Origin: Eledone cirrhosa
Taxonomy: Eukaryota
DNA: 64,000 bases
Direction: 5' to 3'
Assembly (NCBI GenBank): GCA_964016885.1
Contig: OZ024742.1
Location: 201,686,001 to 201,750,000, forward strand
Shown here: positions 27,039 to 42,496 of the stretch, one piece after another
How the letters are laid out: each line of letters begins with the position of its first letter
Position numbering within the stretch: position 1 is the first letter of the stretch
Notes under the pieces: model-generated
Databases searched by the model: none
What the model saw: the letters and a program-made list of their open reading frames with translations, nothing else
What the model was told of the DNA's origin: nothing
Translations under genes and position numbers: made by a program

Positions 27039-29433
27039 ATGCTAACAAAGACATACTTACCCATCTCTTTGAAGAATATTCCCCCCCCCCTAAAATCTCA
27101 TATGAGAAATCACTGATAACTAGCATAAACTCCTTCGTAAAACGTGTTCGGTGGCGTGCATTCCATTTTGATAAGAAGTATGATAGCCCTGAAGATAAGC
27201 GTAGTTTTAATAATTATGGATTTAAGACATATAGGAGCCCCCCGCATAATAGCCTGTTGGATAATTTCGAAAGTGAGCTATTATCCCTTGTTAGGAATAT
27301 TAGATATAAAAAATCTAGATGTACCAATAAATTTCAGAGTAAACTAAGTTCTATCGTTAGGGACTTTAGGGATAATAAATCCATTCTGGTCCCCTCTGAC
27401 AAAACTAAAAACCTATATAGTATGGATTATAAAACCTATCGCGGCTTCATTTATAATGAACTACATAGGAACTACAAAAAAACAACGCAGAGTAATTTAG
27501 ATAATATTAATCTGGAGGGGTATAACATAGTGGTAAAATTAGGTCTGGATAAACACACTCAACCTTATTACCCCAAGCAGCCTAGATTCACCCTCAAGGA
27601 CCATAAGGAAAATTTTATTAGCAGACCCTCAGTTAGGCTTATCTGCCCCTCCAAGTCTGACCTGGGGATTATTAGTAAGGGAATCTTGGATAGCGTTATT
27701 CCCATGGTTAGAGAAAAAACTTTCCTTGAGCTTTGGGGTAACACTAGTGAAGTCATTAGGTGGTTCTCTACGGATTGTGGTCGTGACTCACTCAGATTCA
27801 TCCAATTTGATATTGATGCTTATTATACATCTATATCTCCTATTATCCTCAATAAGGCCCTTATCCTAGCCATGCAGAGGGGGGCAATTACAAGGCCACA
27901 GATAGATATTGTTCTCGCAGCACGTAAAACCATTATCATGTTTGAGGATAATCTATGGACGAGAAAAAACACACCTGATAATTTTGACATTACTATGGGG
28001 TCGAGTGATTCTGCTCAGGTCACCGACTTAGTTGGGCTATACCTCATCAATGAACTGCATAGTAACTTCCCATTCCTTAGGGGTGGGTTATACCGGGATG
28101 ACGCCCTACTCTCCATAGATACTAGTAAGTATAATATAATGCGCATTAGGAAAAAGCTGCATAGCTTTTTTAAAACCTTTAACCTATCCATTACTATGGA
28201 TATAAATGATAGAACTGTGAACTTCCTGGATGTTACATTACGTACACACCGTACCATAAGCCTAATGAATTGCTGACTTACGTGAATACCAACTCTAACC
28301 ACCCTAGGTCGGTCATCAGCGGTATATTGAAGGGCGTATCTAACAGAATAAGTTCACTCTCACATAGTGAAGAGGCGTTTGACTCGCAGGCTGATTACTA
28401 TAATGATGCCTTAGCTAGATCCGGCTTTAGGGACAAATTGTATTATACCCAGGGAAATAATAGTCCTAATAGTAGCTCTACCAGTGTTGTTATAACACAT
28501 AATATGTCCATTGGTAATAGAGGTGTCGCGAATGGGAGGGTTCTAAATGCCGGTGGAATGAACCAGCAGGGTACCATTAGTCTAAGTAATAGCAATGGTA
28601 GGCCTCGCAGCTCCCCGCATAAATTAGGTGAGCATAGTAACCGTAGAAATACTAATAATAATAATAGTGATGGAAATAAAAAGAATAAAAAGAATAGAAG
28701 AAGATTGAATACATACTTCAACCCCCCTTTTAACTCGGAAGTGGCTATAAATATTCCTAGGGCCTTCTTCTCTGTGTTAGAAAGGAACTTCCCTCCTGGC
28801 AATAGGTACCACTCTATCCTCAATAAGAATGTTGTTAAACTTTCGTATTCTACAACCCCAAATCTGGCCTCTCATCTGGCCATTACTAATAATAGGAAAA
28901 TAAAGGAAGGCCTGGACAACCTAAGCCTAGGGGAAAACACGGTAGTGGACAGAGGGGGCCGGAACACAAGTGGTGATCATTCTGAGAATAGCATCACCAG
29001 AAATTGTCACTGTAGAAGGGCTTCAGGCTGCCCCCTGAATGGTTTCTGCCTTATTAGAAACATAGTTTATGCGTGTGATGTGGTAACTACGGCGTCCACT
29101 AAAACCTATATAGGATCAACCTCCACCCCCTTTAAGACCAGGTTTAACTCTCACCAGTGCACTTTTAGACACAATAAACTGAGGAACTCCACCTCCTTGG
29201 CAGCGTACGTCCACAATTTAAAAAATTCACGAACACATTACACACTTACTTGGCGGCAGGTTGCTAAATCCCATCCATATACTCCTCATAATAGAGTATG
29301 TAACCTATGCCTTGCCGAATCCAACTCTATTATATTTGCTAAATTCCCTCTACTAAACAGAAAGTCAGAAATATTTTCCTCTTGCCCCCACCGAATATTA
29401 AGCTCTTTCTTCTACTTTAAACCTATTAGCTAG
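27039..29433 (+). pseudogene. PLE reverse transcriptase plus C-terminal GIY-YIG endonuclease, two frameshifts
   Basis: Motifs SLKNIPPP, VPSDKT, TLKDHKENF, FDIDAYYTSI, MGSSDSAQV, GLYRDDAL, NFLDVTL, SNHP, FNPPFN, KLSYS, CHCRRASGCPLNGFC, NIVY...YIGST..FK.RF..H, CNLCLAE, LLNRKSE..CPH. Frameshifts at the C10 run (27081-27090) and near 28240. Confidence 0.93.
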
Positions 29434-31409
29434 CACTTCCTTAATTCTCCAGTTGGGCTATCTTGTGTAACTGTCTCTTATTGTGTGTAACTGTTTCCTA
29501 TTGTTTGTCTTCTATGTATATGAGTCAGTGAGTGTATACGTATGCCTGCGGGAGAAGATTGATCTGGATATTGGGGTGTACAGGTGAGTGGGTGTGTATG
29601 TTAATAAGCACCCCTGTTTGGCACAGCGGATGTAACCCATCCACGCTCGCCTACCCACCACTGGTGCATTGGTGGGTCTATCCCGACGTGTATCTTGCGG
29701 ATCTGTACCTCTGTATGCGCATGAGTTATGATGTAATGTATCTATGTAGAGCGTGTACTGTGATATAGGCTGCACAAATAGAAATCTAGCCTGTAACTGT
29801 GGGCGGACCTGTGCCATCTCGCCGTAAGCAGTAGATACGTGGCACATGTACGTGTTGCCCTCCTATTCGGTGGTTTAAGATCTACAGGCTGACTTCTGGG
29901 AGCTCTCGCCCGGTGTTGTAGTCTTTCTAGCACGATCGGCCTTCCATATATTGACGGTCGTTGTTATCATCCCAAAAGTAACGTTTTGGCCCCGATATCC
30001 CTCCGTAGTTACTAACGGTCTGTGTACACTTGAATCGGGCAATGGCACGTGCGGACACGATTATCTCCGTAGGAATTCAATTGAATTTATTTTACTGCAT
30101 CTCCTCGTATGTATTTATTTTGAATGTATTATCCGTGGTGGTGGGTCTTGCCTAATGTGGTATTTCTGTGTTTAATATCAGCTTTGACCCGGGTGTCCTA
30201 CGCTGTGTGTGTGTGCGTGTGTGTCTGTGTATACATTTATATGTGTATGGGTGTAGGTGGTTGTATATGTCTGTATATAAAAATATATATATATGTATAC
30301 CGCCTCTGCATATGCATGTGGTGTGTATATGTGCATATACGTGCAGAACATATTGGTGTGTATAATCTTGAGATGTCCCAATGCGGTGACTTCATGATAT
30401 TGGCTCTTGAAGCTATTTCTTATATATCTTTTGTATGCGCTGTTGAGTATGCATTTTAACCCGCCTGACCCAACTGTGTTTGCTTGCTTTCGGCTAGCCC
30501 GCCTGCACCTGCTTGCTTTCGGCCCACTTGTCTGCCTCTTGCTGCTGCACGTGAATTCTCCTACCTTCCTTCGATGTACCTCTGTTGACCATTGGACTCC
30601 TGCCCGGGTGTGAACCGGTTTGTGATTACCCCACCGCTCAACTGTGTGAATGCACACCCGTGACTTTCGAGTGAACTTTTGAGACTGCCCAACCTGGGAC
30701 GTCTCCATTGCATTGCAATGGTCAAGTGATACTGATAACTGTGACACTTAGGGCCTTCGTGGGCCCCTGTTATATTCAAGAAATATATTCTAAAAAAATA
30801 TATATCTTATCTCAATTTACTTTATTTTATTTTATTTTATTTCATTTCATTTTATTTAATTTTATTTATTTAATTTTATTTAATTATATCTTATATTATA
30901 TTATTTTATTTTAGTTTATTTTATTTTATTTTATTTTATTTTATTTTATCTTATTTTATTATTATATTATATTATATTTTATTTTATATAATTTTAATTT
31001 TAATTTTATTTTATTTTATTTTATTTCATTCCTTACCCTGTATCACTATTATCTGTATATTTTATATGTATGTCTTTTATATTTTCTTATATATATTATA
31101 TGTCTATTTTTTACCTATTTTTCACCTATTTTTTATCTATTCTTACCTACTCCTATCTATCTTATCTATTCTTGTCTGTTCTCTTATCTATGTGTATGCT
31201 TGTATGTAACTACATGTTGACAGCACCCCGCCCAACTGTGACTGATAGCACCCCTTATTTTTCAATTATTTTTCAATGTTTATTTTTCAATGTTTATTTT
31301 TATTTTTACTTCCTCAATATTTTTTATATTTTTTATCTTTTATTATTTTTTATTCTTTATTTCTTCAATGTCTTGGATTTGTTATTGCTTGTGTGATATG
31401 TAATCAACC

Positions 31410-31465
31410 TTTATGCTCTGATGAGTCCCACTTATAGTGCGGATGAAACAATGTTAGCAAGTAAA
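31410..31465 (+). ncRNA. Minimal type I hammerhead in the 3' pseudo-LTR
   Basis: Identical to 26781-26836, offset by 4629 bp. Confidence 0.82.
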
Positions 31466-31710
31466 GATATGCATATGCCATAGGCGTTCTTTGTTATTGA
31501 TTATATCACGGCTCTGTCCTCAGACATCGAGCTAACCTTATACTGCCTGTTGGATAAGTGGAGTATTATACACCCCTGATCCTCTCCCTAATATACTATA
31601 TATATATATATATATATATATCTTTAGGTTTGTTGGTCATAGTATAATAAACCTTTCAAGGATTTACACCAGGCCAGCCTCCTGTTATTTCATTTATATA
31701 TATCTATATA

Positions 31711-31846
31711 ACAAAGGAATTGTGGTAAGGAACCAGATGGACCATAACGCACCAGAGTACTCAATACTTAGGGTAGTAGAGTGGGAAATAGGAAAAAGTA
31801 TGACCCCGACGGCAGAGCTCAAGCCGTTTCGACGGCTATTTCTGGA
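31711..31846 (-). mobile_element. Family TAGGAACGAG (copy C), without the fold-back arm
   Basis: Matches the tail and hammerhead-3'-half arm of copies B and D; TA-rich flanks. Confidence 0.75.
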
Positions 31847-31880
31847 TATATATTCTATTATATATATAAAACAAACTTTG

Positions 31881-31940
31881 TATTTTATCTGATGAGGCGT
31901 ACCAAAGTTTTAGTACCCTTGAAATGTATATAATAGAATA
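31881..31940 (+). ncRNA. Isolated type I hammerhead
   Basis: TATTTTAT-CTGATGA-GGCGTAC...GTACCCTT-GAAA-T-GTAT-A-TA-ATAGAATA. Stem I has 8 bp, the base of stem II is imperfect, and the triplet is AUA. Confidence 0.65.
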
Positions 31941-32587
31941 TATATATATATATATATATATATACTTACATTTATATATATACATAATCGTATAAATACA
32001 AACCAATTTCATATCATATCATGTCACATGATATCCATCATATATATATATTTTCAAAACGTTCAAAGCAATTTTTCAAGTTCATATTCTCTTTAACTTC
32101 TATGTATTTTCAACACGCAATTCCTCTCCTCCATTCCTCTATACCACCACTTTCAATCATCTCTCTACTCTAACTCTTCTCTCCTCTTCTATCTATTGCC
32201 TAAGTCGACTGTTAGATGTCATAGCGTTTTACTAGTCTTTCTTTTCGTTTTTACGTCGCACACGAATAAATACATATATTTTTTAATGCTTTCCTGTGGA
32301 TTACCAATGAATCCCAGTTAGGTTATTCAGGATTTACTAATGTCAGAAGAAATATAGGATCTCTTTAATATTCGCAACAGGCGAAATAAATATGACAAGA
32401 TTTACCTGTTTTTATTGTCATATATATATAAATGTGTGTATGTGTGCGTGCGTGTGAATGTGTGCGTGTGTGTTTATATATATTTATATATAGGTATACA
32501 TCTATATCTATATCTATATCTCAATATCTATATCTATATATATCTATCTATCAATCTATCTATCAATCTATGTTACAATCTATGTAT

Positions 32588-32678
<91 letters not shown>

Positions 32679-32816
32679 CACATACACACATATATATAAA
32701 CTTTTTTAATATTTTCATACATTATTTTCATACATTTATATTTTACTTTTATTTTCTCCAATCCTGCTTTTCTTTTTCCTCCTCCTCCTCCACCACCACA
32801 ACCGCCACCGCCACTT

Positions 32817-32938
32817 TCTTCTTCTTCTTCTTCTTCTTCTTCTTCTTCTTCTTCTTCTTCTTCTTCTTCTTCTTCTTCTTCTTCTTCTTCTTCTTCTTCT
32901 TCTTCTTCTTCTTCTTCTTCTTCTTCTTCTTCTTCTTC
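32817..32938. repeat. (CTT)n microsatellite
   Basis: Direct inspection. Confidence 0.95.
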
Positions 32939-33297
32939 GTATTGTTGCCAATATTATTCATATTCTGTTCTTATTGTTGATGTTGTTGATATTAATATTG
33001 TTATTATTATTATTAAATCAGTTGAATGTGTGTAAGGAGGCCGTAGACGGGGAAAGACATAGATTGAACTCCATGTAGACTCGTCCTTAATGTAGGAAAG
33101 GTTATAGATTGGTAGAGAGAAAGGGAGAGGGAGAGAGCGAAAGAGAGAGAGAGAGATAAATAGATAGAGAGAGAGAGAGATAAATAGATAGAGAGAGAGA
33201 GAGGGAGAGATATAGAGAGATAGAGAGAGAGGGGAGAGGCAAGAGAAAAACCTGTGGATGAGAGCTGGATCTATGTGGTGGAATGAGGAAATGCTTA

Positions 33298-33338
<41 letters not shown>

Positions 33339-33395
33339 GTATTGCTGCTGCTACTACTACTACTACTACTATTACTACTACCACCAACACAACCA

Positions 33396-33434
<39 letters not shown>

Positions 33435-33456
33435 CACTACCACCACCACCACCACC

Positions 33457-33505
<49 letters not shown>

Positions 33506-34025
33506 ACACCACCACAATCACCACCACCACCACTACAACTACGACCACCATGACCATCATCATCATCACAACCAACACCACCTGGTGAGGTTTACTGTGA
33601 CAAATAAATAATACGGTGGACGTGGGTAAAAGTGCAAGAAAAGTCAAGACTTAAACATGTTTGTGTGCCTATAAGTATAAATATATTGATATATAGATAT
33701 ATAGATATGCAATATATAGATATGCTTATGTATATATGTATATATGTTTATATATAAACACACACCCACACACGCACACACATACACATACACACATACA
33801 CACATAAACACACACACATATATATATCTATGAGAGGAAACGTCAAGAAGGGTAAGTGGACATACATTAACTGTAGAAGACAAGATATATCCATATATAT
33901 CCGATAGTTATTACTGTAACATTTGGAGATCACAGAAATAAAACAGGAAAATAAAACAGTATATTTAACCATACTATAAACAACTGCCATATTTTTTCTT
34001 GTCCCCTTCTTCGTACGGACATATG

Positions 34026-34079
<54 letters not shown>

Positions 34080-34371
34080 TACACACACACACATGCACAC
34101 GCACGTGTACAGCTCTTTTTACAAAACGGATTTTTTTCCATTTCAGGTAGTCGCGCTACATCATCCACTTTTCTAAGAAATAAATAATACACAAAACGCC
34201 AGCACCAACAGTTTTGCAACAGATGTCAACATGAATCGAACTGTTATTCCAACCCGCCCATCCCCTCAATATATCTTATTTCTCATTCTTTCGTCTGATG
34301 AAGGACTGGCTTCCGAAACGTTAAGGCCCTCTTCTTGCTATATCAAGCGTTAACCTAATACCTAATACATC

Positions 34372-34410
<39 letters not shown>

Positions 34411-34412
<2 letters not shown>

Positions 34413-34603
34413 ATTGTTTCTACTTTTGACACAAAGCCAGCAATTATCCCAGTGTATTACTGGTACTTTATTTTATCGACCTCGTAAGGATGAAAGGCAA
34501 AGCTAACCTCGGCGGGATTTGAACTCAGACCACAAAGGGCCGTAACTCTATGCTGCAAGGCATGGTGTCTGACCCTCTACCGATACTCCCAATCCACTGC
34601 CCT
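34411..34603 (-). mobile_element. SINE copy, full length
   Basis: Reverse-complement match to the family consensus. Confidence 0.85.
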
Positions 34604-34785
34604 CACCATTATTATATATATATATATATAATTTAATATAATATATATATATATATTCCATATATATATATATATTTTCCATTTATCGTTTTCGGTCCGA
34701 CTAACTCACTCGATATGCAAATTAGGCTGCTCAGCCGTTAATATGCATAAGGAAAGTATATACTTTCAATCTGACAGGAAGGTAT

Positions 34786-34828
34786 ACGGTGCAGACGATA
34801 GCTAATAAGCTTGAAACTAGTTCATCGT
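34786..34828 (+). ncRNA. Minimal type I hammerhead with U4A core change, inside a ~270-bp TA-flanked insert (about 34675-34950)
   Basis: ACGGTG-CAGACGA-T-AGCT-AATA-AGCT-T-GAAA-CTAG-TT-CATCGT. Stem I has 6 bp and the stem III loop is the palindrome CTAG. Confidence 0.65.
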
Positions 34829-35025
34829 TCCTTGGTCAGTGTGGAACAAAAGGGCAACGATGGTTGCCGAACACTGTACGGCTTAATTCAGGTTGTTTGT
34901 TTACAAACAAATCGAACATTATAATAAATGTTCGGTAAACCCATACGTACATATATATATATGTGTGCATGTATGTATACATAGTACTGTACGTCCGTAT
35001 ACATATATGTATGTACGTATACATA

Positions 35026-37535
<2,510 letters not shown>

Positions 37536-37753
37536 ATATATATATATATATATATAAATATATGTATATATATAAAATATATATATATAATATATATATA
37601 TATAATATATATAAATGAAAAGTATAGAAATTATTGTGAGCAAGAAGCCAACAGTATTCCATAATATATAAGTGACTATAGCGTCAAAATGGAAAAATAT
37701 ATATATTATATATTATATTATATTTTTCCCTTATAGTTAATCCTGTAATAAGG

Positions 37754-37826
<73 letters not shown>

Positions 37827-38026
37827 ACATTCGGCTTCCTGTTAATTTATTCAATCGAACTTAACCTTCGGGTTCCAATATCTGACTTACATATATAGCT
37901 TCTGTACCTCTTTTTCTCTCTCCTTCTCTCTCTATCGTCTTTAAATGTCTGTGATTGTATGTATGTCTGTGTTCATTTATATATATATAACATATTTTAT
38001 ATATGTAGATACGGTAGTAAGTTTAA

Positions 38027-38247
38027 CCCTTTAGTATTTACATTACTCTGTATATACTATTGTATTTTTGCGGTAACGGCTTTATCTCACATAATTATCT
38101 CACATAATATCTAATCTATGAGATTTTGATGTTATTTATTTTGAGAACAATACCTTAACATAAGTATGAGCAGCTAGTTACAGCTGGTTAAAACAGAAAG
38201 AGGTGAGAGAATTGTGGCTGGATATGGCCGGTTCAAATACTAAAGGG
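38027..38247. mobile_element. piggyBac-type MITE
   Basis: 13-bp TIR CCCTTTAGTATTT / AAATACTAAAGGG flanked by TTAA on both sides. Confidence 0.8.
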
Positions 38248-38807
38248 TTAAAGTGCCGAAGACTCTCTTACATCAATGCATTAAGGACTTCTGCCTTTTT
38301 ACTTTATATAAATTGCAAAGGGGCCAGTTGCTCGTCGTTGTTCCAAATGTGTGAAGATAATTCAGTATCAGCTTAATTTATTTTGTATGTATAAACTTCT
38401 TTCGTATTATGATATATACATACATGCCTATATATATATAGAGGCGGTTTTGTCTGGAGGTGTGGAAGCTGAGCTGATGCGTACGTTATGTCAAAATATT
38501 AGATCAGTAATTTAAGGTAACAGTTCGTTAAACTCATTAATTGAATGGTGAATATTTTGCTTCCATATATTGCCATTACCACAAATTGAGCGAGCGATTT
38601 CTCTCGGATTTCTCAAGTCATCTTTCTTCAAGCTCCTGAACGCGACACATTTAGAACTAATGCTTATTCCAGTTCCATCTATTATAAAATCGTCAGCTTT
38701 CTGAAGTGTGGAAATTGTTTGGACAATCTGTTTTTTTTGTATGTTTGAAACAGCCTTTGGACTTTGCATCGCAAACAAATATAATTTATTCAACCAATAT
38801 CAGTTCA

Positions 38808-40134
38808 AAATGGAGTGAAGCAGGGGGACATTCCGGCTCTATCTTTGTTTTACTTATATTTTACGACAGTGTTTCTCATGACATTAAGGAAAACTTGCTT
38901 GCATGGAGTTTACATCAGGCATCGCACTTCAGGAATGTTGTTCAACATCAGGTGCTTTGGTGCAAGCACGAAGGTATTAACATCTATAATCCGAGAATTT
39001 TTTTATGCAGATGACTGCGATCTTTTTGCTCACTCGCAAAGTGACATACAGCATATTATGAACTCTTTTTCTGAAGATCTCAACGCTTTGGACCTCACAA
39101 TAAGCTTGGAAATGGCTGTTGTGATGTACCAGTCAGTCCCTGGGAAACAATACACTACACCAAGTGAGTACGTGTATGGAAAGAGGCTAAAAGTTGCTGA
39201 CACGTTTGTTTACCTTGATAGTACGTTGAACAATTCATGCACACTTGATGATGAGATATCCTTAAGAATCAAGAAAGCCAGTGATGAATTTAGAAGGCTG
39301 AATGAACGTTCATGGTCCAGACGAGGTATCACCATTGAAACCAAGGTGAAAGTGTATCTAACTTGTGTCATCTCCTCTTTGTTTTATGCTTGTGAAACGT
39401 GGGTCACATATAGAAAGCATCTAAAAAAAACTGGAGAGATTTCACCAAAAATCTCTTCGTAAGATACTTGGAAAATGTTCATCAGTGATCTAAAAGATCT
39501 TGAATGGAACAGGTGCATGAGTATAGAGAACATGTTCTTTCGGCATCCGTTGAGGTGGTGCGGTCATGTGGTCCGGATGTCTGATGATCGTATTCCAAAG
39601 CAACTTCTCTACTGTGAACTGTGCGAAGTAAGGCGACCACTACACAAACCAAAAATGTGGTACTGGGACTGTGTCCGGGGTACCTTGGCTTGTGCTGGAA
39701 TTTCATCTGACGAATGGGAGAAAATGGCTGGGAAACGTGTGAAGTGGAGATGTTTGATCAAGTCAAGTTGTGAACTCTTTGAAACTCGTCGAATTGAACA
39801 CCTAACGCTGAAAAGAACGGTGAGGAAAAGGGTTGTTCTGAACTGCCTGCTGTTGAGCAACATCTTGTTTGGCAGCACTGTGGTCGAGTCTGCCTGAGCA
39901 AAGCTGGTTTGATTAAAGATGAACAAAGTCATATCAGTAGACATCATGTAGATTATGATCTGAGAACACACAGTCAGAACAAAACAACGTAAAGTCCTAG
40001 AAGAGCCTACAGTTGTCATGTGTGTGCCAGAGCATACAAGTCTTTGGCTTGATTAAAGACCCACATTCGTGCTCACAATTTTGAGCATTTTATGGGGCGA
40101 TAGTAATGCTCAATCACGAGTCTGCAGCCATCAT
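38808..40134 (+). mobile_element. 5'-truncated, degenerate RTE-clade LINE (RT C-terminal half and Zn-finger remnants)
   Basis: GVKQGD, FYADD, FVYLDS, EISLRIKKAS, TKVKVY, YACETW, LRWCGHVVRMSDDRIPKQLLY, and C-terminal CHVCARAYKSLA..KTHIRAH. Followed by a (TATG)n-like tail. Confidence 0.9.
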
Positions 40135-40284
40135 GTATGTATGAAAGAATGTATGTATGGACGTATGCAAGTATCTATGAAAGTATGTATATATGAAAGT
40201 ATGTATGTATGGATGTATCTATGATGGATGGGTGGATGGCAATATGTAAGTATTTATGTATGTATGTAGGCGTGTATATATATA

Positions 40285-40908
40285 AGTTTTTTCCTTCTCC
40301 TAGAATTCTGCCTTGACAAAGGCTAAAGGGGTCATCTCTCCCGGTGATTTTGGATGGCCATTGACTCTTAAGAGCTCCTTTGCCCTTTGACAGGTTTTGT
40401 TTTTAGTCCTGCAGGATGTCCAAAGTCACCATCCTCACCAAGAAACCTTGGTGGGGTTGCCAGTTTATACGCCAACGACCCGACCATGAGACAGGTTGTA
40501 CTGGGATACATGTTACCAGTAGCACCAACTGGTGACCTGACATAAGGAAAACTCTGATATAACACCTGCAACCCTGATGGTATCCAATGATGTTGTCTTG
40601 TTATTCTTTTTGGTAAATATCATCTTGGTTAAGAGAGTGGGACTGGCTTTGTGCAGTGCCTTCGCTCACTATAAAAGCTTCACGGCACAGGCATTGCTTT
40701 ATATCTGGAGATTTCTCTGCACTTGTCGTTACCTGGTACCATGGGCCCAGCACTATGTGTCAATAATTGTCACAAGTGTAGTGTTTGTACCAGAGTTTTC
40801 AAGTCGCTGGCTGGACTAAAAAGTCACACTCGTTCAGCGCATCGGTAAGAGTTCTACTACATGATATAAAGTAGTGGCCGTACTCGAAAACGAGTTGGCA
40901 GCCACCAT
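40285..40908 (+). mobile_element. RTE-derived non-autonomous element with inverted 5' half
   Basis: 40285-40543 is the reverse complement of the 5' part of the 3820-4386 element; 40544-40908 is the forward 3' part. Confidence 0.8.
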
Positions 40909-40952
40909 GTATATATATATATGTGTATGTATGTATAAATGTATATATATAT

Positions 40953-41364
40953 CCGGGAGAGATGACCCCTTAGCCTTTGTCAAGGCAGAATTCTAGGAGA
41001 AGGAAAACTCTGATATAACACCTGCAACTCTGATGGTATCCAATGATGTTGACTTGTTCTTCTTTTTGGTAAATATCATCTTGGTTAAGAGAGTGGGACT
41101 GGCTTTGTGCAGTGCCTTTGCTCACTATAAAAGTTTCACGGCGCAGGCATTGCTTTATATCTGGAGATCTCTCTGGACTTGTCGTCACATGGTGCCATGG
41201 GCCCAGCACTATGTGTCAATAATTGTCACAGGTGTAGTGTTCGTACCAGAGTTTTCAAGTCGCTGGCTGGACTAAAAGTCACACTCGTTCAGCGCATCAG
41301 TAGGGGTTCTCCTACATGGATATAAAGTAGTGGCCGTACTCGAAAACGAGTTGGCAGCCACCAT
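40953..41364 (+). mobile_element. RTE-derived non-autonomous element, 5' truncated
   Basis: Near-identical to 40544-40908 with additional upstream sequence; (TA)n flanks. Confidence 0.8.
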
Positions 41365-41943
41365 ATATATAAGTATGTATCAATTTATGTATGTGTATAT
41401 ATTTATGTGTATGTCATTATGTATGTTTGTGTCTATGTATGCATGCATCTATGCCTGTTTGTGTATTTAAATATGTGTAATATAGAAGTAGACATTGCGG
41501 AGGCCCTAGAGAAGCTCGCATGTCTCCTCACTGTTAGTCGTCTACCGTTTCAACAATTATTTCTGCTTAGCCGAAAGGGCTACTTTTATACCACAATTCA
41601 CCGAGGCACTCTTGCTATATATATATATATATCTCCTTCTTTGCTCGTACATGTTGTGTTCAACTTCCCAGATCCCACACTATTCACAACACCCACTCCT
41701 AAATGTCTAGTCTTAGGATATTCCTCTTTGTCCGTGTTCTCCCAATTTGAGTAGATCTACGACAATTCAAATGTAGTAATAACAGCATCGATCTGATTTC
41801 GTAGACATTGGGAAGGTCATAGTTACTACCCGTTCCTCAGTTCATACCAAGTAATATAAAAAGCCTTGCTCTTGATAATTTGGTAGACGTTGACTGCGCA
41901 GAAGTTTGCCGAATAGACTGAACCAACATGTATTATGTTAGGA

Positions 41944-42120
41944 ATTGGCAGTATTGGTAGAGGGTCGGACATGCTTTCCAGCATAGTTACTTCCCTTTAC
42001 GATCTGAATTCAAATCCAGGCGAGGTTAACTTTGCCTTTCATCCGTGCGAGGTTGATAAAATAAAGTACCAGTAATGTACTGTTGATTTGCTGGCCTTGT
42101 GCCAAAAGTAGAAACAATTA
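41944..42120 (+). mobile_element. SINE copy
   Basis: Match to the family consensus. Confidence 0.8.
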
Positions 42121-42225
42121 TGTTTAGAATTATACTGAAGCTGTATTTATCTAGTCAGTCACTTACACTATTATATACTGTGAGACTACCTGTGACACTA
42201 CCAGTGAGACTACCATCAGCGCAAC

Positions 42226-42291
<66 letters not shown>

Positions 42292-42496
42292 TGTAGTAGT
42301 AGTAGAGATGGTGATGGCGATGATGCTGATGGGAGGACAGAGCTGGTAGAAAGGAAGCAATTTAAAATATCATTAATACTATTATCCCCACAACCATATA
42401 GACAACAAACGATAGCACCAACAACAACAACACTATAGTTCCCCCCACAGCTGCCACTACTAACATCATGACCGCCACACCACCAACAACATCACA

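Larger units (their letters stand above)
26276..31600 (+). mobile_element. Near full-length Penelope-like retroelement (Naiad-like) with direct pseudo-LTRs
   Basis: About 700-bp direct repeats at 26276-26971 and 30880-31600 (near-identical, one 25-bp indel) flank an RT plus GIY-YIG ORF. The 3' end runs into (TA)n. Confidence 0.92.

Noticed and set aside
28270-29433. Selenocysteine recoding as reported for some Naiad elements
   Set aside because: There is no in-frame TGA in the endonuclease ORF and all Cys positions are ordinary codons.
34290-34330. CTGATGA-A-GGA...TCC-GAAACGTT hammerhead-like motif
   Set aside because: Core and stem II fit, but I could not form stem I; at best a decayed copy.
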